64,000 nucleotides of DNA from the UHGV virus genome UHGV-0375936. One strand, written 5' to 3'. Position numbers and translations under genes: made by a program. The DNA is from a virus. Positions 55,441-64,000 of this stretch are shown here, piece by piece (the stretch's first letter is position 1; every line of letters starts with the position of its first letter). Below the pieces are notes generated by a model. It saw nothing but the letters and a program-made list of their open reading frames with translations, had not been told where the DNA came from and searched no databases.

Positions 55441-55947
55441 TTAAACGTTGAAGTTAAAACGTACGTCTAAGATATTGGATATAAGATTGAAAAGTTCAAC
55501 TTTGGTAGCTAAACCGGCTCTTAAGTAAACGTCAAAGCTATCCTTACGGAAACTAAATTTAACCGAACTACCTAGCTCCTTTCTGAACTCGTCATAAAGT
55601 TCGTACTTATCGACATCCGTTAAGTCTTTATCGAATTCTACCGTGAAGCGATATTTTTCTTTGGCTTCCATTCCTTTAGTGTAAACCGCACATTTAGCGG
55701 TGGTGGTACCGACGATTTCGCACACCATATTGAACATTTCCTCATCGGTACGTACTGCGGCGGTGTAACCAATATCGATGGAGTCTTTACGGAAACCCAT
55801 GAAGAACAGCGCACCGAAGTGTTTGCGGAAAGCTTTATATAGCGTATCTTTTTCATCTTCGGTTAATACGTAGTCCAGTTCAACAGTAAACTTGTAATCT
55901 TCTTTAGAAACGAATTCTTTAGCATAATCAACTTTAGTGAAGTTCAT
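55441..55947 (-). CDS. hypothetical protein with internal tandem duplication
   Basis: Two about 65-aa halves share KEDYKFTVELDY...FRKDSIDI / KEKYRFTVEFDK...FRKDSFDV. Confidence 0.5.
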   Translation of the reverse strand: MNFTKVDYAKEFVSKEDYKFTVELDYVLTEDEKDTLYKAFRKHFGALFFMGFRKDSIDIGYTAAVRTDEEMFNMVCEIVGTTTAKCAVYTKGMEAKEKYRFTVEFDKDLTDVDKYELYDEFRKELGSSVKFSFRKDSFDVYLRAGLATKVELFNLISNILDVRFNFNV

Positions 55948-55954
55948 GGTATAT

Positions 55955-56027
55955 TCTCCTAAAATGGTTCGTTAAGTGAGAGCTTTTGTACTCTCACCTA
56001 GGTAATATATATCTGAAATTATTTTTA
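55955..56027 (-). promoter_or_regulatory. conserved AT-rich box plus 5' hairpin element (copy 2)
   Basis: Near-identical to 19296..19373 over about 75 bp, including RBS, hairpin and TTTCAGATATATATTACCTAGG. Confidence 0.45.
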
Positions 56028-56309
56028 TTAAAAACCCGCAATAAAACTGCCTAGCGAGACACGCTGTAGGTATTTGGGCTTACGGGCCAGGTAACAGTTC
56101 TTAGGATTACCTATTGCCATCTGCGCAACTGCACGTTCTAAACGCGGTGCTTCTAAGATGGCACGATAGTTCCCTTCGTAATGCATTAACCAAGCACACT
56201 CTTCAACGAAACGTTTTGCTTCGCGATAATCTAACGTACGGATTAACTTCTTGCCCCGGTATTGTTTTACATCGCCGTTTTGACAAAATACAATAGTTTC
56301 ACGATTCAT
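56028..56309 (-). CDS. hypothetical protein
   Basis: ORF with ATG at 56309 after GGGAGA (track extends to GTG at 56330). Confidence 0.45.
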   Translation of the reverse strand: MNRETIVFCQNGDVKQYRGKKLIRTLDYREAKRFVEECAWLMHYEGNYRAILEAPRLERAVAQMAIGNPKNCYLARKPKYLQRVSLGSFIAGF

Positions 56310-56628
56310 TGATAATCTCCCAGAATTCACGTACTAAATTACTTTTATATCCTTCAACCTCGGCACGACAACCTTTTGAGATTTTCTCAAGCACTGTCAG
56401 CCCACCCTCTTTAGATAGCTTACCTTCGCAGATCAATTCAGATATTGCACAGAGCTTGTAATAAAGTTCCCATTGTTCGGCGATTGATTTCGACTGTACC
56501 TTGATCAGTTCATCTTGCGTAGCAATAAGTTTTTCGCTGATCTCACAGACATCGCATTTCTTACGTTTAAAGAATTCGATTAGTTTAAAAACCACTGTTA
56601 CCTCCTCTGGCAATCCAGGTCGCCACAC
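56299..56628 (-). CDS. hypothetical protein
   Basis: 109-aa ORF in overlapping operon arrangement. Confidence 0.45.
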   Translation of the reverse strand: MWRPGLPEEVTVVFKLIEFFKRKKCDVCEISEKLIATQDELIKVQSKSIAEQWELYYKLCAISELICEGKLSKEGGLTVLEKISKGCRAEVEGYKSNLVREFWEIINES

Positions 56629-56893
56629 GCATATGGGCGTCTTGAAAAGATGAGATCAGTAAGATCACACCGCCTAACGTACGAGGTACGCGTAAGGCTT
56701 CGAAACGTCGGCAGTAAGAGCGTACACAATACTCGGAACCTAAGATAACGATTTCGCAGTATTCTGAACGAATCGGTAGTAATTGAGAAACGAGTTTATC
56801 GCACGTTTCTTTGTTATCTTCTAACAACCCACCGCGGAGAATATAGTTGACAATGTTCTCAGGTGCCGATGTGTTCGCGATTTTATTTTCCAT
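56585..56893 (-). CDS. hypothetical protein
   Basis: 102-aa ORF, overlapping operon arrangement. Confidence 0.45.
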   Translation of the reverse strand: MENKIANTSAPENIVNYILRGGLLEDNKETCDKLVSQLLPIRSEYCEIVILGSEYCVRSYCRRFEALRVPRTLGGVILLISSFQDAHMRVATWIARGGNSGF

Positions 56894-56896
56894 CTT

Positions 56897-57271
56897 TTAA
56901 ATCTCCACCGTAGTTCGTTCAGCTTCTTTAATAAATCTATGGACTGTCTCACCTAATTTCTTTACACGATTACCAAGTTCAATAAGCGTGTCGAAATAGT
57001 GTTGTGCTGTACAGTCAAATAACATTGGTCCTGCTTTCAGTTCCAATGCGGAAACCAGATAGAGTTCGGGAAGAAAAATAGCACCGCCTTTACGACCTAT
57101 CCTGACGCTGATATTGCGAACCTGAACATTAATCAGTTGACCGTCAGGGAGTACCACAATTTCGGTATACCAGTCTGTTGCTTTAACGATCGTTCTGACG
57201 TTCTCACCGCAAGCCCACGTTTTAAACTTTCCACTCAGCCAGTATTTAGTTGTATACGACATAAAAGCCAT
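56897..57271 (-). CDS. hypothetical protein
   Basis: 124-aa ORF. Confidence 0.5.
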   Translation of the reverse strand: MAFMSYTTKYWLSGKFKTWACGENVRTIVKATDWYTEIVVLPDGQLINVQVRNISVRIGRKGGAIFLPELYLVSALELKAGPMLFDCTAQHYFDTLIELGNRVKKLGETVHRFIKEAERTTVEI

Positions 57272-57313
57272 AATGTTACTCCTCCCTCTCAGGATTTCCT
57301 GAGAGGGGCTATA

Positions 57314-57595
57314 TCACAGTTTCTCTTCTATTGTATCTAATCGAACTAACGCATCGTGACTGACTTTCCGTGCGTGTCCGATTGTCCCACCTAAAGCTTT
57401 TGTTGTTGGGTCTAAGGTATTCAGACGGTGATACTGATAATCGATATCACGTATACAACGCGCCTGTTGTTTTACCATCCGAATTAATTGTCGTTTGGTC
57501 TGACGATTGCTACTAAGCTCCTGCCGTAATCGTGTGTTTTCTTTATAAAGCTCCTGTTGACGTGAGTTAATTAAACCCAACAACCAATCTAACAT
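57314..57595 (-). CDS. hypothetical protein (coiled-coil)
   Basis: 93-aa ORF, charged helical sequence. Confidence 0.45.
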   Translation of the reverse strand: MLDWLLGLINSRQQELYKENTRLRQELSSNRQTKRQLIRMVKQQARCIRDIDYQYHRLNTLDPTTKALGGTIGHARKVSHDALVRLDTIEEKL

Positions 57596-57597
57596 TT

Positions 57598-58113
57598 TTA
57601 CCCCCGGTGCAAGAAAATACGGTTAGTGTTTTCGAATTTCGGTTCTGTCCACTCCAGTTCCCAGTAAGCCTGGTTAATATCGCGAGACGTAAGTTTCAAA
57701 TTCGAAACGCCGGGGATATCGATCTGCTGCAGTAAATTAATAATCGTCACCAGCTCTTTACGAGGACGGTTCCAGATAACTTCAAGATATTCCTTTAGGC
57801 GTTCTGGGTAAGCGACAGGACGAATATAAACTAACCCAGAAGGATACTCAATTGCTGAGGGCGTTCTTGGCACTAACCAAACCCAGTCTTTTAATAGCGG
57901 TCCTGAGTGGTAGTTAGAGAGTTGAGTAAGCGCGTTTGCGACCGAACAACAACGGAAGTAGGTGATATCCCAATCGTGTTCATGGCAATTTCGCGCAACG
58001 ATAACTTTTAAACGGTCAATAGGTTTACCGTCGATGGTCGTAACACCAGGTTGATTCGCCAGAATCTGACGTTCACGTTTAGTATAAAGATTCATGTTAA
58101 TATTTACTGACAT
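57598..58113 (-). CDS. hypothetical protein
   Basis: 171-aa ORF; conserved initiation context; G10 tract just upstream. Confidence 0.5.
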   Translation of the reverse strand: MSVNINMNLYTKRERQILANQPGVTTIDGKPIDRLKVIVARNCHEHDWDITYFRCCSVANALTQLSNYHSGPLLKDWVWLVPRTPSAIEYPSGLVYIRPVAYPERLKEYLEVIWNRPRKELVTIINLLQQIDIPGVSNLKLTSRDINQAYWELEWTEPKFENTNRIFLHRG

Positions 58114-58163
58114 TTAATGCTCCTTTAGGTAAATGGTGTGGGGGGGGGGTAGTTAATGCTTCG

Positions 58164-59006
58164 TTATTTAAGATTCTGAATTTCTCTCATCTCGTTACAA
58201 AACTTATCAAACAACTGGGCGTATTTGTCAATGTGATTTTCGAACTCCCCAAAAAGGTGGCGTGAAAGGCGTTCGCTGACTTCCTTTTCGTATTTCTCGA
58301 GAAGTTGTTTAAAATATTCACTGTCTCTCTTAATTTTCTTCACATGGGATTCCAAAACTTTAAGAATCCATGATTCGTTTCTGATCAAGAGATTCAAATT
58401 ACCTTCAAGATATTTGCTTTGATAAATCATAAATTCGCGGCCTTCGAGTTCATCTTTCACGCGTCGGATAAACTCGCCAGCATTGGCTTCGCTAATATCC
58501 TCAACTGTAAATACCAGAACATTTTCTCCCTCTATGTCTTCCAATAGTTGATTTAAAAGAACACGATAGCTAGTATATTCATAGTTCACCCTAAGTACGT
58601 TGTTTTCAACCAGATAAGTGAATTTGTCGCTGTAAAAAAGGTATAATATCGATCCAATTTTACCTGCTTGTTTGGGGGTAAGCGGAATCTCGTCTGTGAA
58701 GTAAGCGACGTCTTTTGCGGTGGGCTTGTCTTTTAGCCTACAAGTCATTTGATCGGGTATTTCTTGCCCTTTAGGCATCTCAACAGGCCGTACCAAAATA
58801 TCCATAACTGCACTAATGAGCTTGTTAGAGAAATCGACCTCGCCTTCTACCCAGAAAATATTAAATGTTTCCGATTTAACTTTATAGTAAAAGGTGTACG
58901 TTTTTTGTAACTCAGCGATTTCCTTAATTTGTTCTTCAGTGGGGATAGGGGAGATCTTAAACCTGCTGATGACTTTTTCTTCTTCGGTGAGTTCGAACTG
59001 TAACAT
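58164..59006 (-). CDS. hypothetical protein
   Basis: 280-aa ORF. Confidence 0.5.
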   Translation of the reverse strand: MLQFELTEEEKVISRFKISPIPTEEQIKEIAELQKTYTFYYKVKSETFNIFWVEGEVDFSNKLISAVMDILVRPVEMPKGQEIPDQMTCRLKDKPTAKDVAYFTDEIPLTPKQAGKIGSILYLFYSDKFTYLVENNVLRVNYEYTSYRVLLNQLLEDIEGENVLVFTVEDISEANAGEFIRRVKDELEGREFMIYQSKYLEGNLNLLIRNESWILKVLESHVKKIKRDSEYFKQLLEKYEKEVSERLSRHLFGEFENHIDKYAQLFDKFCNEMREIQNLK

Positions 59007-59017
59007 GTTATAGTTCC

Positions 59018-59461
59018 TTAAATCATACCTGGGAATTCGAAATCGATTTTATCTAAAAGTTTGTAGTCGTCTTTTAGTTGAAGCATTAGTGTATTCTTAA
59101 ACAGTTCAAGTGAACCGATAAAGTAAGCCGTATAGCAGCTACCACGAACAGAAGAGGAAAGACCCAAGTCTCTTAAACACTGTTTCAAGATTTCATGTTC
59201 TTCAGCGGTACCGAAAAGTTGGAAATTGATAACGGTAATCTGTTTATTAATGATTGCCGATAACCATTCTTTAATTCTTCTCGTGGTTATACGTTCTTTG
59301 AAATCACTAGCTTCTGGCAACCAGGTAATGTGAACAAATGGGGCAGCATAGTCGACGAGAACTTTTTGCTGCCAACGTACTTGCATCAAACCACGAATAC
59401 GGTTTGCTAACGTTTCAGAATCACAAAGTAGCATAATGCCATTAGTAGTATTTGGTTTCAT
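59018..59461 (-). CDS. hypothetical protein
   Basis: 147-aa ORF. Confidence 0.5.
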   Translation of the reverse strand: MKPNTTNGIMLLCDSETLANRIRGLMQVRWQQKVLVDYAAPFVHITWLPEASDFKERITTRRIKEWLSAIINKQITVINFQLFGTAEEHEILKQCLRDLGLSSSVRGSCYTAYFIGSLELFKNTLMLQLKDDYKLLDKIDFEFPGMI

Positions 59462-60309
59462 AATTGCCCTTCCTTCTTAATGTAATCTTCAACCAACTTA
59501 TCAAACACGATTTTTATCTTCTCGCGTTCTTCTTCACCCAAATCACCAGAACAGGTCAGCCCATTTATCTTCCCGTACCGTAATTCCAACACATATTTCA
59601 ACCGATGACGTAAGGCTTGTTCAAAATGTGTCGGGATATAGATCGGTTCGAAGTTGTGCAATAAAATAAAATCGTCTTCGGTGTGTTTAGGGGGTTCGAA
59701 TTTTACTCTATCTAAGATAGTAAGCCAGCGTTGTCTGTCGACTAGCCGATCGTCCCAATAAACAGGTTTTGTCTTAGAGGGAGTAAGTGTATTGTAGTTA
59801 CTGGAATCAGAGACACGGAAATTTGCCGTGACATAAGTCTTCGTGAGTAACGAGAGAAGACAAATCGTGCCTTCTTCAGAGTAACTTAAACCCTCGTCGA
59901 GTACGTCTTTAGCTTTCTTGAAGTAGTCTTCGATATAGTCTTCAGCAATCGGTTGAATTTCTACTTCCATACAGCTAATTTGGGGTCCGTCTATCCGTAG
60001 GGGAATTTTTAGTTCAGCAATATATTGCCTATCCGATGTATAAGCTCGCGTAATAATAGGATAAGTAACAGGCTTAGCCAAATGACGATATTCACCAACC
60101 CTAATGACTGCGGAACGTCCAAAGTCACCTTTATTCGATTTTGAAAAACCGTAAAGGTCTTTTAGATACTCCAGATACTGGTCATCAGTCATTTCGTCGG
60201 TATTAAATTCACGAATGTAAAGTTGATTAAAAGATCCCTTTGTTTGTTCGTAGTAATAACCAGGGTCCCTATTTGCTAGAATGTGCGGGAGATAATACGG
60301 GTGATACAT
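59458..60309 (-). CDS. hypothetical protein
   Basis: 283-aa ORF; conserved AT-rich box/hairpin variant upstream. Confidence 0.5.
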   Translation of the reverse strand: MYHPYYLPHILANRDPGYYYEQTKGSFNQLYIREFNTDEMTDDQYLEYLKDLYGFSKSNKGDFGRSAVIRVGEYRHLAKPVTYPIITRAYTSDRQYIAELKIPLRIDGPQISCMEVEIQPIAEDYIEDYFKKAKDVLDEGLSYSEEGTICLLSLLTKTYVTANFRVSDSSNYNTLTPSKTKPVYWDDRLVDRQRWLTILDRVKFEPPKHTEDDFILLHNFEPIYIPTHFEQALRHRLKYVLELRYGKINGLTCSGDLGEEEREKIKIVFDKLVEDYIKKEGQL

Positions 60310-60339
60310 CTAATCCTCCTTTAGGCTATAACTAATGGA

Positions 60340-60381
60340 GTGAACGTAAATTTCACTCTCTCCTAGGTAATATATATCTGA
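60340..60381 (-). promoter_or_regulatory. conserved AT-rich box plus hairpin element (variant copy)
   Basis: Minus strand TTCTCAGATATATATTACCTAGG followed by hairpin GAGTGAA/TTCACTC. Confidence 0.4.
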
Positions 60382-60427
60382 GAAAAAATATAAAAACCGT
60401 AGGATGGACTAAGTCCATCCTACGGTT
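60381..60427 (-). terminator. Rho-independent terminator
   Basis: Long stem CCGTAGGATGGACT / AGTCCATCCTACGG with A-rich run on plus strand. Confidence 0.55.
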
Positions 60428-60431
60428 TAAA

Positions 60432-62552
60432 TTAAATAACTACCCAGCTTTTACCATCGGAACCAATCTGCATTAGCGTAATACTTTCATTGGTCTCAAT
60501 GGGTTTGGCAAGACCTTCTGTCCCACTCTTTGGAGTGATGAGAACGTTTGAATTTTCCGGTTTAACGGTGATCTTACCAGCCTTATTTGCCACGATCTGT
60601 ATATTTCTACCCACACTATATTCTAGATCAGGAATAGTAAGTTGGCCGCCACGGTTGGTGGCTGGGAAATACACATAAGACGACACATCTTCCTCAGATA
60701 ACACTATACCACCAGAATCACGATTGACCGAGATCTCAAACTTAGAAATATCGATATCGTAGGCAGTAACTTTCGTAATATCCGTCAGAACCAATTCGTT
60801 CAAATCGGTATTAGCTGGACTGTTCGCCAGATCAAACGGAGTGCCATTCTTGCCGTCAAGCACAGGTGTGACTTTGATTTTATTGTCACCCGGATAAATG
60901 ATTTCAAGCGTATGCCAGTTATTATCGTACGCACCAAAAGTTCCTAATTGCGCATTCTGCTTTTTATGATGCATCAGATAAAGATTCGTAGCGTCGGTCT
61001 GTAAGAAAAAAGACATTAGGTACGGGTTCGTCTTAGCCACACCAGCGTCAGCAAGTGTAGTACCAGAAGGTAGGTCGGACGCGGAAATACGCCAATAAAG
61101 TCCTAATCCGAAACGATCTGCTGCTAAATCACCTTTTAGTCTAAAAGTAACGGTCAGACGTCCACCGTAACGTAGCATGTCCGCAGCAGATGTCATTGAC
61201 TTAGTTACATTCCAAGGTTTCATCGTTACAGCCTTTCTTAATTCGACGAAATGCCCGTTTCCATCCTCAGAATCTTGCACGGTTACGTTACAATCAACGA
61301 TATTGTTCCAACCTTGCTCTTTCAGGGAACCATCCCCACGACGTCCGTTATAACCCACAGACTCTACTAATGGGGTATAGCTTCTTACCACATTCATATT
61401 GTCTTTGGATCTCTTAGTGTCGTTCTTCGTCAGGAACATTGCACCAATCGCTGTTCTTGATAATATCTCGGCAGCTATTCTCTCTGAGATAATACCGCGT
61501 CGAGCCCAAGAACTGAAATGGCTATTCCTTTCTGCAGACGTCCAGTTTTTAGCACTACGGGAGGCAGCGCCGTAGTAGGTAGCACCGGTGATATCAGGAT
61601 CGTCAGTGGGATCATTAGTCGGTACACGTTGGCCATTATCGTCGTACATGAATGGGACAAAAAAGATATTTTTTTGTTCATTGTTACGATAATTACCGTA
61701 TATGGTTTCATATTGAGCAGGATATTTTTCCTTCCAATAATAGGTAGTGTCCCCGCAGATCCATGGTACTTCGGCGGTGTCGTACTCGGGCATCTGAGAG
61801 AGATGGTCAGAGAGATCAGTTCGGAAACGCTCTACCATTGCGTTAAATAACGCTGGTTGTTGTGCGTATTGTACTTTAGTCAGATCATACTCTCCCTGCA
61901 TCCACACTACAGCCAAGAGTTTATTTTTAGGATTAACTTCCAGAGCTTTTTTGGTCCGGCTAACTAAATCTTTATAAAGTGGTTTCTCCACCCCCCATAG
62001 CATTGACGACTCAGTGGCTCCTGTGGCTTCATCGAAGGTACCTTCTGCACCACCCGTGAAAGCAGAACCGCCGCGTGCGCAGGGTACTAGTAAGATACCG
62101 GCGTTCTTAGGAATATACGGGAGAAGACGCTTCGCGATATGTAGACCTTGACCCACACATCCGTATTCACCTTTGCTCAAATCGGCATTGGGATGCGAGT
62201 ATCTGGACATGTCTTGCACGTCGTGCAGACAATGATCCGCTGGAATGACGTCGTTATACTTACAATCAGCCCCGTTAGGCGTTACCTTCGCACGGCGCGC
62301 CATCTGTTTAATTCGCGGATCGGGAGCGTCCAACGTCGCCGGTAGAGGCAACCCTTCACCATAACTCATCGCATTAGATTGCCCGGCTATAGGAATCACG
62401 AAGTAATACTCCGGCTCCGTCGTGCCCTGAAGTTTTGCAATATCAATTTTATATTCTTTTTCTTCCTTAGAAAGAAGAACTAACGCACCTTTGAGATCGC
62501 CAGAGAAATTGTCGAGTTCATGGATACGTTTCTTTCCAATTGGCTGACTCAT
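60432..62552 (-). CDS. tailspike/fibre-like protein with SGNH/SASA-type esterase motif
   Basis: 706 aa; N-terminal FVIPIAGQSNAMSYGEG matches the GQSN block of SGNH/sialate-O-acetylesterase-like hydrolases. Confidence 0.5.
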   Translation of the reverse strand: MSQPIGKKRIHELDNFSGDLKGALVLLSKEEKEYKIDIAKLQGTTEPEYYFVIPIAGQSNAMSYGEGLPLPATLDAPDPRIKQMARRAKVTPNGADCKYNDVIPADHCLHDVQDMSRYSHPNADLSKGEYGCVGQGLHIAKRLLPYIPKNAGILLVPCARGGSAFTGGAEGTFDEATGATESSMLWGVEKPLYKDLVSRTKKALEVNPKNKLLAVVWMQGEYDLTKVQYAQQPALFNAMVERFRTDLSDHLSQMPEYDTAEVPWICGDTTYYWKEKYPAQYETIYGNYRNNEQKNIFFVPFMYDDNGQRVPTNDPTDDPDITGATYYGAASRSAKNWTSAERNSHFSSWARRGIISERIAAEILSRTAIGAMFLTKNDTKRSKDNMNVVRSYTPLVESVGYNGRRGDGSLKEQGWNNIVDCNVTVQDSEDGNGHFVELRKAVTMKPWNVTKSMTSAADMLRYGGRLTVTFRLKGDLAADRFGLGLYWRISASDLPSGTTLADAGVAKTNPYLMSFFLQTDATNLYLMHHKKQNAQLGTFGAYDNNWHTLEIIYPGDNKIKVTPVLDGKNGTPFDLANSPANTDLNELVLTDITKVTAYDIDISKFEISVNRDSGGIVLSEEDVSSYVYFPATNRGGQLTIPDLEYSVGRNIQIVANKAGKITVKPENSNVLITPKSGTEGLAKPIETNESITLMQIGSDGKSWVVI

Positions 62553-62555
62553 CTA

Positions 62556-63068
62556 CTACTCTCCAAAAGTTAAGATTTTATTGTCAAACGTCAACACGAC
62601 AGAATCATCACCGATGCCACACGGTGTTTCATCTGGGCCGAAAACCACCACGGAGAACTGTCCTTTATAAGCGATGGAATTCGGAGCGATGCTAAGCGTT
62701 ACCGCGTCTTTACCTACCGTGAACGACTGGTCGGTTAAATCGTCGGTTTGTAAGTTAGCACCACAAACAGCATTGACGGATTCGATAAGATCGTGTGCAT
62801 TAAACCCTTCACCTCTTACTTTTACCAGAATAGGTTGTTGGTTTAACCACCGCTCTGCGGTTAAACGGTTGTAGTAGATTTGCAACGTTCTGTTTCCAGG
62901 ACGTTTAATCTTTACAATGGCAGTGGAGTCACGATCCATTTCATCACTGGTTTTTACGTCACTGACTTCAACCTCGTTCTCTTGCAAGTCAAGTTGGAGG
63001 TCATGGTTAACCAGTGAAATAACCATGTTAAGTGAAGTTAGTGATAAATCTGGTGTGAATTTTTCCAC
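62556..63068 (-). CDS. putative virion protein, paralog family B
   Basis: RTLQIYYNRLTAER and DLIESVNAVCGANL resemble motifs of 47191/47787/50993/51471 proteins. Confidence 0.4.
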   Translation of the reverse strand: MEKFTPDLSLTSLNMVISLVNHDLQLDLQENEVEVSDVKTSDEMDRDSTAIVKIKRPGNRTLQIYYNRLTAERWLNQQPILVKVRGEGFNAHDLIESVNAVCGANLQTDDLTDQSFTVGKDAVTLSIAPNSIAYKGQFSVVVFGPDETPCGIGDDSVVLTFDNKILTFGE

Positions 63069-63122
63069 GTATGTTTACCTCCTACGGTTGGGGGTCATAA
63101 AATATTGACTAAAAAACATTCA

Positions 63123-63132
63123 CCCCCCCCCC
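63123..63132. repeat. C10 homopolymer tract next to a 12-bp inverted repeat
   Basis: Ten consecutive C upstream of the 62556..63068 start, followed by ATTATTTTCAAC-CGCTTTCA-GTTGAAAATAAT. Confidence 0.6.
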
Positions 63133-63166
63133 ACGATTATTTTCAACCGCTTTCAGTTGAAAATAA

Positions 63167-63670
63167 TTAGCTAATTCTCAAATCACGCAGTGCGCCTGTC
63201 GATTTCATCACGTTTTGGAACGCGCCACTGATGTTATTAGTCCAGTAATAATGCTGTCCGTTAATAACCTGCTGATAGGTCAGCGCGCAGGTGTTGCCAC
63301 CTAAATTTACGGTAATGTTAGAGGCTCTGCCTCCTTGTAAGTAAACCGCTAAAGTAGGCTTTGCGTTGGCAACTATCGTCGTTAACTGTAACTCAATACC
63401 TACTAAAGTTCCCACCCCGCAGTTACCCGCGTTTTGAATGGTTCCCTGATTTTTCTGGTTTAACGGCCAGCTTGGTCCTACCGCGCCCCATTTCTTACCT
63501 AAAGAATCGCTATATGCAGCGGTTGCAATTTTACAGCCCATAGATCTTCCCACCATTTGACTCATCATAAAAGGTCTACCCAATCCTAATTTACTACCAG
63601 CAGCGCTCATCCATTGTTCGCCCGTTTCGTTCTTAGCCGAAGAACCGACCCATCCAGATGCTACCCCCAT
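63167..63670 (-). CDS. hypothetical protein
   Basis: 167-aa ORF, Gly/Asn-rich. Confidence 0.5.
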   Translation of the reverse strand: MGVASGWVGSSAKNETGEQWMSAAGSKLGLGRPFMMSQMVGRSMGCKIATAAYSDSLGKKWGAVGPSWPLNQKNQGTIQNAGNCGVGTLVGIELQLTTIVANAKPTLAVYLQGGRASNITVNLGGNTCALTYQQVINGQHYYWTNNISGAFQNVMKSTGALRDLRIS

Positions 63671-63686
63671 CTACCTTCTCTTTTAA

Positions 63687-64000
63687 TTAAACACGTGAAC
63701 CGTATATTGCACCTACTGCGTCCCATCTTGGCGCATTACCAGTAACAGCTTTACCAGCTGCTCCGCCGTTATATTCTGTACCGTTACCATGAGTATTACA
63801 TCTTCCTCCAGCAGCACCGACATTACCACCCGAACCGCCTGTATATGCACTAAGAGACCCCTCACCAACAGATCCTTTACCAGGAGCGGAAATAGTACCA
63901 GCAGTTGCACCGGAACTCATATGAGAGGAAGACCCACCAGCACCGAATGGGCGACCACCGCCACCACCAAATATTAGTCTACCCCTGTTACCGCCGCCAC
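63687..64000 (-). CDS. Gly-rich protein, partial (N-terminus beyond window end)
   Basis: Minus-strand frame stays open upstream of the track Met to the window edge (…GGGNRGRLIFGGGGRPFGAGG…). Confidence 0.4.
   Translation of the reverse strand, partial: GGGNRGRLIFGGGGGRPFGAGGSSSHMSSGATAGTISAPGKGSVGEGSLSAYTGGSGGNVGAAGGRCNTHGNGTEYNGGAAGKAVTGNAPRWDAVGAIYGSRV

Noticed and set aside
1-64000. Prophage or temperate lifestyle markers (integrase, repressor, att sites)
   Set aside because: No recombinase, CI-like repressor or attachment-site repeats recognised; gene content and density fit a lytic phage, though only part of the genome is visible

Overview
The window reads as a contiguous stretch of a large, probably virulent, tailed dsDNA phage genome (about 43-46% GC by eye; no integrase, repressor, rRNA, CRISPR array or convincing tRNA seen). 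Genes are densely packed in three strand blocks with many Rho-independent hairpin terminators. (1) 1-23.4 kb, minus strand: nucleic-acid and host-interaction genes (RNase H-domain protein, DEDDh-like exonuclease, signal-peptide lytic transglycosylase, macro-domain-like protein, GNAT-like acetyltransferase, SbcC/Rad50-like ATPase, a run of five small secreted proteins, a tandem paralogous family). (2) 23.7-47.1 kb, plus strand: four consecutive very large tail-fibre-like genes (1440, 1394, 1728 and about 400 aa) sharing an N-terminal domain and T4 gp34/gp12-like repeats, followed directly by the most striking feature: three tandem Cys/Ser/Gly-rich peptide genes (dominant C-x3-C periodicity, about 20 Cys in each of the two long ones) and two radical SAM enzymes (both CxxxCxxC; the second with a SPASM-type C-terminal Cys cluster), plus three unknown co-oriented genes. 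This looks like a RiPP-type (sactipeptide/ranthipeptide-like) maturation cassette inside a phage structural module. (3) 47.2-64 kb, minus strand: GH108-type endolysin, M15 peptidase, a plus-strand lipoprotein moron, several paralogous putative virion proteins, a 706-aa protein with an SGNH/SASA-type esterase motif, and a Gly-rich protein running off the window. Recurrent non-coding signals include a conserved AT-rich box plus hairpin upstream of four minus-strand starts, a conserved translation-initiation context, and three G/C 10-mer tracts. All functional calls come from motif recognition by eye; no searches were run. The ORF track labels 11940..12389 as plus strand, but its translation only matches the minus strand.
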